From positions 62,001 through 126,000 of the forward strand of contig CBFFRQ010000031.1 of assembly GCA_965644315.1 (NCBI GenBank): a stretch of DNA of 64,000 nucleotides, read 5' to 3'. This DNA is from Caecitellus pseudoparvulus. Taxonomy: Eukaryota; Protista; Bigyra: Bicosoecida. Shown in pieces: positions 21,801 to 32,335 of the stretch (position 1 is its first letter; each line of letters starts with the position of its first letter). The position numbers and the translations under genes were made by a program. Under the pieces are notes generated by a model. The model was not told where the DNA came from and did not search any database. It saw nothing but the letters and a program-made list of their open reading frames with translations.

Positions 21801-24757
21801 CCTACGCGGGAGTCACGGCAGCGTATCCCCACGCCGCCTTCTTCGGATTTCCACTCCTGCCGTGGGCGGGCGGATTTCAGTGCCTGTCCAGCCACATTGA
21901 GTGTCTCTTTCAGTACTTCCTGCGGGGGCTGTGGCAATGTGCCGAGACCCTGGCGCCTGGCGTGGACTTCATGCGCAGCCCGGCGGCGCACGTCAGCCCC
22001 CAGCCCTTCCTGCGAGGCAAGCAGGAACACATCTTCAGCTTGGAAGGGCGCACTCTGTCAGGGGCGTGTACGCCGTACCTTTCAGCCAAGCCGCCTTACG
22101 CGGACCTCGTGAGCGAGCCCGAATCGCGACAAGCGCCGGGCTTCGAAGAAGCTGTCCTGCAAGTGGTTGGCATCTTGCACAAGGCAGGGCTGTGGCTGGG
22201 CACGCAGCCCTTTGCTGGGGAGGTCGCCTCTGCCAATGCCCATCACTACAACCTGTTCTTTGCGGAGGGGAACGCGTTTCAGCTGTGTGGGAATGTGCCC
22301 GGAATGTTGCGATCTCAGCGAAAGGCGGTCGCCTCTGCCCGACTGCTGCTCGATGCAGCTTGGCCGGAGGACATGGACCCTGCAACACTGCAACCTGGCG
22401 AGACGCCTGCCCAAGTCGTGGCAGCCATGGAAGTCGTAGCACAGGCGCTGGACGAGATGGGTCTTGCTCTGCTCGCCAGTGGCTTGAACACGGACGCCTT
22501 GGACACCTTCAACGAGTCCATGCAGCTGAAGCTGGACCTGTACGATGCAAGCGGGGGGGCGTCCCCGCAAGCCGCCAGTGCAGCCAATGGCAAGTACGTG
22601 TGGGTGACCTTGTCAGGTGTCATCGAGGCGGCCCTGAAGGTGAAACAGGCAGACGAGGCTCGCTCTGCGGCCGAAACGCAGCTTTGGGCCACGCAGGAAT
22701 GTGCAGGGCAAGGCGCTGACACCCTGTGGACTGCACTGTCGGCGTTCAACCTTGCCAGGGCGCAAGCCGTGGCGGAAGACCTGACCTCTGCGATCGCCGG
22801 CATGCGCCGTGCGCTTGAGATTGCGGAGAGCGCCGAAGCGGTTCAAGGAGATGCCTGCTGGTACCTCGCTGACGGCTCAGTGTGCGAAAGTGAGCCTGTA
22901 GCATGGGGCCCGCCACCTGCACTCTTCGGTCCATACTTTCCGCCAGCCTTTGTCGACCAGGCCGGCGCGTGCCGGGCTCTCGCTGCCCAGTGCCGGTGGC
23001 ATCTGGCAGAGCTGTACCACAGCACGTTCGACTTAAAGCGTGCCAGCGAGGCATTCCAGTGCGTGCTGCGTGGCTGCACCACCGACACAGCAGACGGCGC
23101 AGTCGCCGCTGCAGACTTGCACTGCGGTCACAGCGGCGTGCTGTGTAAGATGGAGGACCAAGATGCCGCCATGGCAGCCATGCAGAGCGCCCTGGAGCTC
23201 CGCGAAGCATGGCAAGGCCAGCTGTGCCCCCAGCACACTGCGCTGTGCTGTGGCATTGCAGTGCACTTTCTCACGTTCGTCTCAGACGCCCAGACTGCGA
23301 TTGACTTTGTCTCCCAGCACCTGTCGCTCATTGTGGCAGCCCTGGACCACTTGGATGCATTCCTCGGGCCAGATGAGCTCGAGGACGACGAGGTGCTGCC
23401 CGAGCCTGAGCCTGCAGATGATGCGTCCTCCGTGTCCTCCTCAGGCTCGACTTCAGACACTCAAACCAGGGCAGTTGCAGACCGTGGAGCTGCCAATAGC
23501 CTGGCACACGGCCTTCTCGGACAGTCTGCCCTGGCAGCCGTCATGGAGGGTGATGAAGATGCCTCCGACAGCGACGAAGACGGAGGTTCCACCGCGTCAG
23601 GCTCTGAGAGTGGAGATTCCCAACGTGCTCCTCGTGGAATGACAGCCTGTGCACTGATGGAAGCCTTGCGTCCCCCCGGACACGTCCAGCACACGGCGGC
23701 TGAGGTGCTGCATGTGCAGGCGGACGCAGAGGAAGCGCTGGCCGCGCTGCTGTGGCAAGTTGGGGCTGACTCCCTGCGCACAGCAGACCGCAGCATGCTG
23801 CAGACGTGCCGCCTGGCCCTGCTGCGGCAGGCGTCTCAGCTGTGGTACACGCTGGGCGTGGCGGTGGCTCACGCGGGCGGACTGCCAGCGCCGCCCGGCC
23901 CCCTGCAGCAGCTGCATGAGGTGTCTTCCCAGCCCACCCCGCCTGGTGAGTCTGCTCAGGTGCCGAGTGGCGGACAGGAGGCAGGCCAACCTGAGGCTGC
24001 GCAGGCCACCTCCATGACTCTGGCTTGCTTGGCGGCAGCGGTGCAGACAGAACTCCAAGTGCAGCAGGGAACTATCGCAGAGGAGTACTGCAGTCAGCGC
24101 ACGCTTGTCTGTGCGCTTGTGCGCGCCGCCCACTTGCTGTTCTCCGCTGTGGGCGAAGCGGCGATCGCGCGGGACGTTGCCCAACTGGCGTCGAACCTGC
24201 TTCGCCGCAGTCCAGCCCTGAGGGCAGCCACCAGCCGAGATGTCAGCCCTGCCAGCCATGCAGTGGCAGCCGACGTGCTGATGCACTTGGGCTCTATGTC
24301 TGAGGCAAAGGCAGTCGTGCGCCACAGCCTGGAAGCTTTGAAGGAGGCGCGGGACTCCATTGACACTCGCGACGGCGTGGACATTGTGCAGGCCATGCAG
24401 CCGATGAGCGTGCTGAGCCAGATGGAGGCCATGCTGCTCATGCACCTGGCGCGCATGTTGGAAGTGGATGAGCCAGATGCCTGCTTGCTGACCCTCAAAG
24501 CAGCCAAGGGCCTGCTAGAGGAGTACGTGTCCCCTGCGACGCCCCACCCGGCGCGGCTGTTCCCGTGGGACCAGCGCATCGTGGCCTTGACGACAGAGCT
24601 GGGCCGGAAGTATGAGGAAATGGGCGACGCCGTGAACGCTTTGCATTTCCGCCGCGTGGCGGCGGTCCTGTGTGAGCAGCGGGATGTGGAGGATGAAGAC
24701 ATCGCCTGGGCGCCAACGGCTGCCGAGCGAGCTGCTGCTCGTGCTGGCGTGTGGTGA
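18872..24757 (+). CDS. Very large alpha-helical protein with TPR-like repeats
   Basis: Uninterrupted 1961-aa Ala/Leu-rich ORF. TPR-like segments include ALDEMGLALLASGLNTDALDTFNESMQLK, AFNLARAQAVAEDLTSAIAGMRRALEI and WHLAELYHSTFDLKRASEAFQ. Confidence 0.75.
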   Translation: MAAASPPSHAEATALAGLQTEFRQLAASWNTCQEAMVKLKEQEANFQYDTQKRQHLESELERLPRDYSQCTLALLDAVFHCIVADVRVEACTPHTAAELAQLRLQDSLAAIDDGVPDLNDLRAVAQAVRTIADQLALHAQVCPLAAAASCEAYDVALERLRVACAPGALPAADAVDNLQAKGMIAALFPGHICGGLEVALRAYESCLALEVEQGDGEAEFRRLRELASTAASQCALPVACHYLERLAAVQRKALQGASVTAEVHVGLDPGEQVTWARWLRMVHQRCTLLLQHVAFLNDPAAVCAQAGLALSEVEAVLNLPFCLDHRPGHDASPRAEMLACLDAMAAQVRESLSAVAELLPEPLQASAEASLVQRCVDDVTAWLQLVDSVVDDCAALQEARRSVKAGRPKQHTDMLRATMRALQVAAGKLRAALEIPQVKELLLRIDEKHAGLTVDLAEALGADEDSAEVAQLLEGQLKQLMSGEDALTEAMLATKLPPGEGDTGRRLQLAKARQALLFGLRCSSAWCTAERWDSASAIITDVAQYLVHQGHQSVEWRSDSLSTLEATVLSSMAWMQLARAQQAQGHHMAFFNTLSEKVLPQLTAELSAQEEAVFAAAASSGDHGALLAAAVWHCGQDLARGALESLARRTMNTYDVRQLEVSYAQLAPQVDALGAWRGRAEQLADLHDAWQAWHGTDPGSQSAPMSPAGEGPPPFSLATSTAFLWKLPAAPQECTCAAAQPAFLAGLVKCRAAQATLAKSHGRVPAQDTRQAMPALPECDTSALQEGHRQLWGAASALVSSFAEPPAGGTAEDWPFPLWGFECLALAVTFGMAVQAASWDDILRLATAGLSMANTDTVQGSARLQLAVGQLHLAAVRGLSRVKGPGEALGFASDTAQRLEVLTQAAMQALLDQEDGGAGDADLAKAGRLACHLQALHIAALADLAHLHALTVDEAGSGNPVGAALQQCMRFVDKYCPYAGVTAAYPHAAFFGFPLLPWAGGFQCLSSHIECLFQYFLRGLWQCAETLAPGVDFMRSPAAHVSPQPFLRGKQEHIFSLEGRTLSGACTPYLSAKPPYADLVSEPESRQAPGFEEAVLQVVGILHKAGLWLGTQPFAGEVASANAHHYNLFFAEGNAFQLCGNVPGMLRSQRKAVASARLLLDAAWPEDMDPATLQPGETPAQVVAAMEVVAQALDEMGLALLASGLNTDALDTFNESMQLKLDLYDASGGASPQAASAANGKYVWVTLSGVIEAALKVKQADEARSAAETQLWATQECAGQGADTLWTALSAFNLARAQAVAEDLTSAIAGMRRALEIAESAEAVQGDACWYLADGSVCESEPVAWGPPPALFGPYFPPAFVDQAGACRALAAQCRWHLAELYHSTFDLKRASEAFQCVLRGCTTDTADGAVAAADLHCGHSGVLCKMEDQDAAMAAMQSALELREAWQGQLCPQHTALCCGIAVHFLTFVSDAQTAIDFVSQHLSLIVAALDHLDAFLGPDELEDDEVLPEPEPADDASSVSSSGSTSDTQTRAVADRGAANSLAHGLLGQSALAAVMEGDEDASDSDEDGGSTASGSESGDSQRAPRGMTACALMEALRPPGHVQHTAAEVLHVQADAEEALAALLWQVGADSLRTADRSMLQTCRLALLRQASQLWYTLGVAVAHAGGLPAPPGPLQQLHEVSSQPTPPGESAQVPSGGQEAGQPEAAQATSMTLACLAAAVQTELQVQQGTIAEEYCSQRTLVCALVRAAHLLFSAVGEAAIARDVAQLASNLLRRSPALRAATSRDVSPASHAVAADVLMHLGSMSEAKAVVRHSLEALKEARDSIDTRDGVDIVQAMQPMSVLSQMEAMLLMHLARMLEVDEPDACLLTLKAAKGLLEEYVSPATPHPARLFPWDQRIVALTTELGRKYEEMGDAVNALHFRRVAAVLCEQRDVEDEDIAWAPTAAERAAARAGVW

Positions 24758-25104
24758 ACGCCCCCTGCACCGCGCGCCTCCGCCGTCGGGCACTGACACA
24801 GGTAGAACACGGTGAACTTGACACATACATAATTCAGTTTGGTGGGTTACAACGTGTCGTAGGGGGCGCACTGGCAGGGTCCAACCGCACCCTGCAAGCT
24901 GCAGGACCACTGCAACTGAGCAGCACCACCACCTTGCCTGCGTGTGCGCATCGCACCCACCGTTGAAGTGGGGGGTCCATGAAAGCTTCAACTGTGGTGT
25001 TCTGTTGGAAGGTTGCAGCTTTCGTTGGACTCTGATCGCCCAATTGCCCTTTGAAGCTGCTGAAAGGTCCTGGAGGGGCAGCTGCGGAAATCGATTCGGT
25101 GCCC

Positions 25105-27736
25105 ATGGCCGGCAGTGCCAAACCAGGCATGGAGCTGGATCTAAGCCGTGTCTTGAGATGCCTCACAGCCAGTGGACTAAGTACACTTGGATCGGATGTA
25201 TTGGGGGGTACGTAACGTGCGTCCTCCGTACTTTCCGGGTGCTCACATGCAAAAGCCACTGTCCCTTTCAGCAGGACCAGAGCAGGAGCAAGTGCACACT
25301 GTTCAAGCAACGGGCGCCCGAAGCCACGTGCACACACCCCCACGTGCCGTAGCCCAGACCTCTTTCACCACCCCTGCATCTTCCCAGTCCATGGACGGCG
25401 AGAGCATCTGCAGTGAGCAGGCCATCGACGAGTGCCACCCAGCGCTGGTGCTGAGCGAGCAGGCGCTGGAGCACCTGGGCTTGCAGAAGCACTTCAAGGA
25501 GGACGGCTTTTCCACCGAAACTCAGCATGAAAAAGGCTCCCTGCGCGCAGGCCGTGCGGCACACAACGTCCTGCACAGGGTCGCCTTCCTCACGGGACTG
25601 GGGCCTGGGGATGTGCTGCTTGATGTTGGGCATGGGGATGGCTTCCCCCCCCTCGGCCTGGCACACATGACGGGCTGCTTTGCAGTCGGCATTGAGTTGG
25701 TGCCAGTACGGTTCGGTCACTCTGTCGCGCTGGCCCGGCGCATGCGCCATGAGGTTTGCGCTCGTGCTGGCCTTCCCATTTCGACACCACCTGCAGACGA
25801 CACCCCGCCCAGCCCGTGGCTGTGCTTGCCACCAGGGCTGCCACATCAAGTGGCCAAGAGAGTCTCTTCGGTTGAGAGTGGGCAAGTTGCCATGTATGAG
25901 CGTTGGCTGCCCGGCATCCAAGCGCTGCTTTTGAGCGGCGCGGTGCCGCACGTCGTCTCGGCAAACACCAAGCGGCGCCAGCGCGTCCTTTCCCTGGCCA
26001 AGGCTAGGACCCATGCACTGCATATCGCCTGGCAGTTCCGACTGCGCAATTCTTGCGTGCCCCAGCACGTGCGGCTGGGGAGTGAAGCAGGTGCTGCAGG
26101 TGGGGCGGCCAACCGGCCAAGTGCTCCGGCGCAGAACGCAAGCCCCAAGGACGGTGACCGCCAAAGTCCTGCAGCTGAGCGCGATGCCGTGAGAGCACCT
26201 GCTATATTAGTGGACTCTGCCACTCCAGTTGTTAGAAGAAGGCCGACTCGGGGCACCCTCGCGCTTGTGCATCCAGTTGAACGCGAGCGGACTGTTGGCC
26301 GGCAGTTCCACGCACCGGTGGAACGGGCCCTGCAGCAGCGGCTTGCAGCGCACTCCTTGGTTCCCCTTTACAGAAGCACGGCTCAAGGAGCACCCCTGGG
26401 CGCTTTCAGTGACAGTGACGAGGAGGGGGTAGCCGAGGGTGCCCCTCCCAGTCAAGACGTGGCTGCGTACAGTCGCCGGTGGCAGCGGTGGACTATGTTG
26501 ACTGAACGAGAGTTTTGGGCGGGCCAAAGCAGCCACCGCCTCCCTGCTCTCCCGGGCATGACAACGCCAGCCTCTGAACCCTCCACACCGCAGCAGTCCG
26601 CCAGTGACAGCAGCGTGGGAAACGGCACCAAGCACTCCTTTGGTGGACTGCTGCTCATGCCGCCGCTCCGCGAACGCTCTGCGCCGAGAAAGGCAAAAGA
26701 AAGACACGGAGCGGTTGGTTCCGGTGCCACATGGCCAAATCCTGCCGCGCACAGCTCCGAGGTTGTTTCCAGCCGCCCAACGCTTCCACCGCCTCCCCTG
26801 TCACCTCCACCGCCGGTGCCTGCTTGGCCCTTGACTCCCCTGTCCGACCATGAGCCGTGGGAGTTTGCCTTTCCGACCCGAACCAGCGCACCAGACTGCT
26901 GCGAATCCCTGCCCGCCACGCTGCTGCTTCGTGGTCTGCCCTCTCTGCAGCGCGGCAGTGCAGAGTGGGAGGCAGCACAGCTTGCTCTGCAGACAGCAAC
27001 GCGGCCTTTGCATGAGCGTGTGGCGTTGCTGAACGGCAATGCGCTTCTAGATGGCCCAGGTGACTTGCACCCTTCCATCTTGGGGGTTTGCCGAGTCGTC
27101 TTCTGCAACAATTACAACAGCTTCTGGACCCAAGACAGGTACGGCCTGCGCTGCCGCCGGAGCAAACCAATGCCCACACAGCCGCCCCTCTCCCTGTGCA
27201 GATTCCAGAGCAAGCTCTTCCTGAAGCTCACGCGATTCATGCGGCGGGGCTCCTGCCTCGTCAGCTGCACTCAGTTCTTGGGGCGGAGGTCCGCTGAGGG
27301 CATTGTGGTGGACCGCATGCTGGATGCGGGGGACAACGAACGGTACACCACCGCCAACCTGGCAGTCATGGTGCATGGGGGCAAACCTGCATGTGGTTGG
27401 CAGTGTGTTGACCATGCCCTGGCTCTGCAGCAGTGGAAGGAGGGGGCCTTGCCTGCCACAGAGGCTCGAGTGCGGGCGGCGCTGGCTGCGGCTGACGCGG
27501 AGGGTGGCGTGGAGGAGCTCACAGAGCTGGCACACGCCGTGTGTGAGCAAGTGTGGCTCGCAGGATCTGCCTCGCCCGAGTTCGCTGAGATTCGGCGCCG
27601 TGCAGGGGGCTGGAAGAGGGGCGACGTGGAGGAGCCGTGGCAGCACCAGGTGGGCCAGCCTTCGCGCCTGCCGTCTCGCAGTGTCCTGCGCATGCACAGG
27701 GGTCTCAAACGGCGCAGGACCCCCCTCAAGACGTAG
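25105..27736 (+). CDS. DOT1: DOT1-like histone H3K79 methyltransferase with split catalytic core
   Basis: N-half GLGPGDVLLDVGHGDG..TGCFAVGIELVPVR; C-half RVALLNGNAL..RVVFCNNY..FMRRGSCLVS. Predicted introns about 25208-25271 and 27139-27201; the first exon is inferred. Confidence 0.7.
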
Positions 27737-27886
27737 TCCCTTTTGCATAACGCACTTGCAGCACCCCACGCGCCTCAATTTACATCCTACGTTCTCCCAC
27801 CGACCTCGCACGGACGCTGCTTGGGCTCGATGTGATGCACGAGGCACACCCGGGCCTCCCGCACGCCACCTGCTTCCAAACCCAAC

Positions 27887-28933
27887 ATGGCCAGTGCGGC
27901 CACGGGCACCATCGCAGCACTGCAAAGTGCTCGTTGCAAGAGTCTCTCTGCGCTCATGCGGGCCATGGACGTCGTGGCTCCCCGTGAACTGGCTGGGTCA
28001 TGGTGAGGGTGCGCCAAATCCCGCACACCACGCCTGCCGGCACACCGCCCCCCCCTGCACTCCAGGGACAACGTCGGGCTCTTGCTTGACACACCATCAC
28101 ACGCACAAGGGGGAAAGTACAGCGTGCTCGTCACGAACGACCTGACCGAGAAAGTGGCGCAGGAAGCCATCGCCAAGGCCGTCCACGCTGTCGTCACGTA
28201 CCACCCGACACCCTTTCGAAGCATGAAGCGCATTTCTCGTGAGAGCCACACGAGCAGGGTGGTGCTGTCCATGCTCCACCACGGCATTGCTGTGTACGCC
28301 CCTCACACTGGACTGGATGGCTGCCCAGGCGGCATCAACGACTGGCTGCTGTCGGCGTTCCCCACTGGCACCATCGCGGCCCTGAAGCCTGCACCTATCC
28401 CACGCACGCTGGCTCACCTGCCCACAGCTGAAGAGACGACATTCCCCAGTCCCGTGGACTGCCTGGCCGCGACGCCTGCCACCGCGCCGTGTGGAGACGG
28501 CCGCATCCTCACCCTTGCCTCGCCCATGACCTTGGCAGACGCTGTCGCGGCAGTGAAGGAGCACCTTGCCCTTTCGTCAGTGCAGCTGGCGCCTAGCACA
28601 GCTGTGCTTGGAGATGCCCCCATCACGCCCCAGTCTGCCATGGAGGCTGCCGGTGGCTTGGCAGTCAGCACCATCGCTGTCTGCGCAGGATCGGGCGCCA
28701 GCATGCTGCAGGGTGTCTCTGCTGATTTGCTCCTGACAGGGGAGATGAGCCACCATGAAGTGCTTCAGGTCACTGCACAGGGCAGCAGCGTTATCCTCAC
28801 CAACCACTCCAACAGCGAGCGGGGCTACTTGCCCATCCTTGCGCAGCGCCTGCAGGCTCAGTGGGACTGTCCAGGGGTAGAACTTGACGTCCACGTGACA
28901 GCTGTGGATGCAGATCCGCTCGTAGCGGTGTGA
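27887..28933 (+). CDS. NIF3: NIF3-like (DUF34) protein
   Basis: Intron 28003-28065 gives APRELAGSWDNVGLLL. Motifs TNDLT, YHPTPF, HTGLDG..GINDWL, AVCAGSG, TGEMSHHE and HSNSERGYL. Confidence 0.92.
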
Positions 28934-29245
28934 TGTGGGTTCTTGGGAGTGCGCAGCATGCGACTCTTCCTCTTGCAGGGCTCAGGGTACAGCCTTGACC
29001 ATCGACACGGTAGCAACTCAATGCACGGCACAAAAACCCGACTCTTGGCACGCTGGCCTCCACTTCAGTCTGATCGCCCACCCCGCTGCTCCGGCACAGC
29101 TACGCGTTCCCCCTTGCGCACGGCAACTTGCAAACGTAGCAGGAGCGGTTGAGCCACCAACGCTTGACCCGTGTGCTAGCCCGAAGACTGGGGATCCCTG
29201 CTCGCATGCCTCATCGTTCCTCATAGACAAATCGGCGTGTCCTTC

Positions 29246-31615
29246 ATGTCTTCATTCGTCAACCCCTTTGCTGACCCGGAGCCTGCAGCGGCACCTTCTG
29301 CAGCCGCCGAAGCACCTACGCGGAGCAGCTCGATTTCCGCATCCATGCCGCGCGGCCACAGCTCAAGCTCCCTGCCTACGCTTCCGCCAGGGCGAACTGA
29401 TAGCCTGTCGGAGCAAGTCAGTCATGCTCGCCCCCACGAAGAACGCCGAGTCCTCCTGGGCATGATTGCGCAGCACCTTGAGTCTGAGGGCTTGCACACA
29501 GCAGCAGGCGTGCTGCGCAACGACTACCAGTCACTGCACGGTGGGGCAGCCTTCTCAGAGGTGAAGCGGGACCGACGGGGTTCAGGAGGCGTGGGCTTGC
29601 TGCAGGTGGTGTCTGGCCGGCTCCCAGCCCCCCACGCACCGACACCCTCTCCACGGGAGCGGTCGCACTCGGGCAGCTCCCGAGCCTTCACCTCCACACC
29701 CCCAGCACCAGCCCCCTCCACCCTCGTCGCACCCACTGCCTTGGCAGGGGAGGGCATGTCCCTTGGCAGTGGAATTTCCCTTATGGACGCGCTGACGGGT
29801 GCAGGAGGCGTGGCGGCCGCTTTCGGCTCCGCTGCGGGTGGCCGCCGCATGCGCATGGACACGGAGGGCGAGGAGGGCGCAGAGGTCATTGTGCCGTCTC
29901 CCCAGCCCTGTCCGGACGTCAAGTGGGACACCAGCACGGGGCAGGCCATGCGCACTCGCGCCTCCGACGGCGTCGGCGCGACAGTGCACGTCATCAAGGC
30001 GGCGCCACTCCGCGCCACGCTGGAGCACGTGGCAGTGGCCATCGTCACTTCAGACCAGAGCAGGGAGTGCGGCACTACATCCTCAGGTGTGCCCATCATT
30101 GTCGGACCCAGTGGGGAAGACCTCCTCCTGGCTGACCTGTTCTTCACAGCCGCCCCTCGCCTGCTGCGCAAGGCTTCACGGCGGCCAGGCGTGCACAGCC
30201 CGTGGGGGGTCCTCCTGGCCGAAGTCAAGGAGTGGCTGGCCGACCTTGTGCAGCAGCAAGAGCCAGCAGGGGGCATTCTGGTCCTGGGCCTGCTCCGCTT
30301 CTTCCTTGTGCGGCACCTGCCACGCGTGGGCGCTGCCAACGCCCCGGAGGCCCTGCTGGCTGTGCACAGCATCCTGACGTCCACAGCACAGCACATGCCG
30401 ACGTGGGCAGGTGCGCCAGGCACGCGCAGTGCCACGCTGCGTGGTCTGCAGGACGTCACAGATGCCCTCAAGCAGGCGGCAGCGGAGGCTGGCTCCAGCA
30501 GGGCTGCGCCAAACGGGCCTCCCATGCCAGACCTCCTCACGGCCAGCGTGCGATCGCCCTGGCACAGGCTGGCCTCGGGGCCGGGGGCATGGATGCAAGT
30601 GCCCCCCGCCTCGCTCGCTGCTGCCTGGACGCTGTCTGAGCACATGCTCTTTTGCTCCATCCCCACCTCCGAGTGGCTGGCAGGGGGCTGGGATGACCCG
30701 CGCTGGCACCATGGCGCAGACGCCATCTTGCGCTTCGTGGACCGGTACCAGTCCATCGCGCTGTGGGCCGCGAACCAGGTCCTGTGGGCCGCCCCTGCGG
30801 GTGCAGGCATCGCAGCAACGCTGCATGACCTGGGCGGGCCTGCCGACCGCGCAGCCATGGTGGTGCGCCTTGTGGCGCTGGGCCAGGCCCTGTACAAGCT
30901 GCGCAACTTCTCAGCAGTGTCGGCGCTGCTGACTGGCCTGCGCCTGAAGGGGCTTCCAGAGCTGCTGCATGTGACGTGGAGCAAAGTGCCGCGCAGCACC
31001 ACGGCGGCCATCGCCAGCCTCTCCAAGATAGTCTCGGATGAGGGGCAGTATAAACTGTACCACGTGGCGACTCAGAGCGTGGAACCACAGCAAGCCCTCG
31101 TTCCGCACCTGGCGCCTCACACATCTGCCCTGACGCTTCTGGCCGGCAGCCACGTGCCAGACCGCCTGAACCGCAGTGGCGGCAACTACGACGACTCCAA
31201 GGGCGCCAAGGGGCCACCCTGCTTGCACCTGCACAAATGGCGCAATGTGTGGATGGAGGTGTTGGGGCGTCTCGTGGACTGGCAGTCTCGCAGGTATACG
31301 GATGCAGAGCTGCAGGGTGGTCCAGCCGTCCTAGGGCCCCTCGTCCACTTGCTAGGGGGCGACTTGCGTCGGTACCGCTTCCAGTTTGACGAAGATCGTG
31401 CCGCTGCCTTGCAGGAGCTAGTGAGGGTGGCAGAGCTGCTGGAGCCACCCGCACCTCCCACTCCCCCGCCAGCTGTCGTGTACGAAGACGACTATGACGA
31501 GTCGGTCAGTGCAGCAGGGCAGTCTGGCGCGGTGGAACAGGCGCCAGGGGTGGTGGATGATGACAGCGAGGAGGAGCGGCCGTGGTACAGCGACGCCTTC
31601 GTCATTACCGAGTGA
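29246..31615 (+). CDS. RasGEF (CDC25 domain) with N-terminal LisH-like motif
   Basis: LisH-like RRVLLGMIAQHLESEGLHTAAGVL; CDC25 motifs LAAAWTLSEHMLFCSI, IALWAANQVL, LRNFSAVSALLTGL, TWSKV and VPHL. Confidence 0.8.
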   Translation: MSSFVNPFADPEPAAAPSAAAEAPTRSSSISASMPRGHSSSSLPTLPPGRTDSLSEQVSHARPHEERRVLLGMIAQHLESEGLHTAAGVLRNDYQSLHGGAAFSEVKRDRRGSGGVGLLQVVSGRLPAPHAPTPSPRERSHSGSSRAFTSTPPAPAPSTLVAPTALAGEGMSLGSGISLMDALTGAGGVAAAFGSAAGGRRMRMDTEGEEGAEVIVPSPQPCPDVKWDTSTGQAMRTRASDGVGATVHVIKAAPLRATLEHVAVAIVTSDQSRECGTTSSGVPIIVGPSGEDLLLADLFFTAAPRLLRKASRRPGVHSPWGVLLAEVKEWLADLVQQQEPAGGILVLGLLRFFLVRHLPRVGAANAPEALLAVHSILTSTAQHMPTWAGAPGTRSATLRGLQDVTDALKQAAAEAGSSRAAPNGPPMPDLLTASVRSPWHRLASGPGAWMQVPPASLAAAWTLSEHMLFCSIPTSEWLAGGWDDPRWHHGADAILRFVDRYQSIALWAANQVLWAAPAGAGIAATLHDLGGPADRAAMVVRLVALGQALYKLRNFSAVSALLTGLRLKGLPELLHVTWSKVPRSTTAAIASLSKIVSDEGQYKLYHVATQSVEPQQALVPHLAPHTSALTLLAGSHVPDRLNRSGGNYDDSKGAKGPPCLHLHKWRNVWMEVLGRLVDWQSRRYTDAELQGGPAVLGPLVHLLGGDLRRYRFQFDEDRAAALQELVRVAELLEPPAPPTPPPAVVYEDDYDESVSAAGQSGAVEQAPGVVDDDSEEERPWYSDAFVITE

Positions 31616-31626
31616 CGCGCAATGCA

Positions 31627-32130
31627 TTAGTGTGGTAGGCGGTGGGAGTACAGCTTCCCGAAGTGCCGGTTGGCAGATGGCGCGCCATCCTCTGAGCTCC
31701 CCGCTTGTGGTCGGCCCCACGGCCACCCCCGCCCTACGACGCGTCCCTCGTACACCTCCTCGCGAGCGTCAGTGGCGGATTCTTCGCCCGCACGGACGTG
31801 GTCTACCTGCACGCCACCTGACACCAAAGTGGAGGAGCGAGGGGCTTGTGCAGAGGGGCCCTGCACTTCTGGCTCTCCAGATACCGTGGCAGTGCCCACA
31901 TAGCTGGCCAGGATGTTCATTTGCCGTGAAGCCTCAGCCATGGCCGCTCTCACTGAGTACGCATCCACCGATGCCGCGCCGAGCCGAAACTCATCTCGAA
32001 TTCGGGCCGTGACTTCCGCACGTGTCGACTTTGGCAGTTGCTGGGCCAGCCGTAGGAATTGTCTGTATGTCTGCAGTGTCTTGGCCCGCTGAAGGAAGTC
32101 TTTCAGACCTGGGCCACTTCGGCTTGCCAT
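31627..32130 (-). CDS. LYR-motif (Complex1_LYR, LYRM2-like) mitochondrial protein
   Basis: LKDFLQRAKTLQTYRQFLRLAQQLP...IRDEFR. Confidence 0.8.
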   Translation of the reverse strand: MASRSGPGLKDFLQRAKTLQTYRQFLRLAQQLPKSTRAEVTARIRDEFRLGAASVDAYSVRAAMAEASRQMNILASYVGTATVSGEPEVQGPSAQAPRSSTLVSGGVQVDHVRAGEESATDAREEVYEGRVVGRGWPWGRPQAGSSEDGAPSANRHFGKLYSHRLPH

Positions 32131-32335
32131 GGCTGCAATTTCCGCACGCACACTGCTCACTTGACAATGAAACGTTCACACCACAACGCAAGTGCTCATG
32201 GACTCACCAGACAGCGTGAGTTTTGTTGGTGCTGTGCATTGTCTGTCAGGAGCGTTTGCCACTCGCTGCCGGAGCCACCGCACGACAGGGCCTGCAAAGC
32301 CTCCTGCGCCAGAGCATCCCTCAAACGAGCACACC

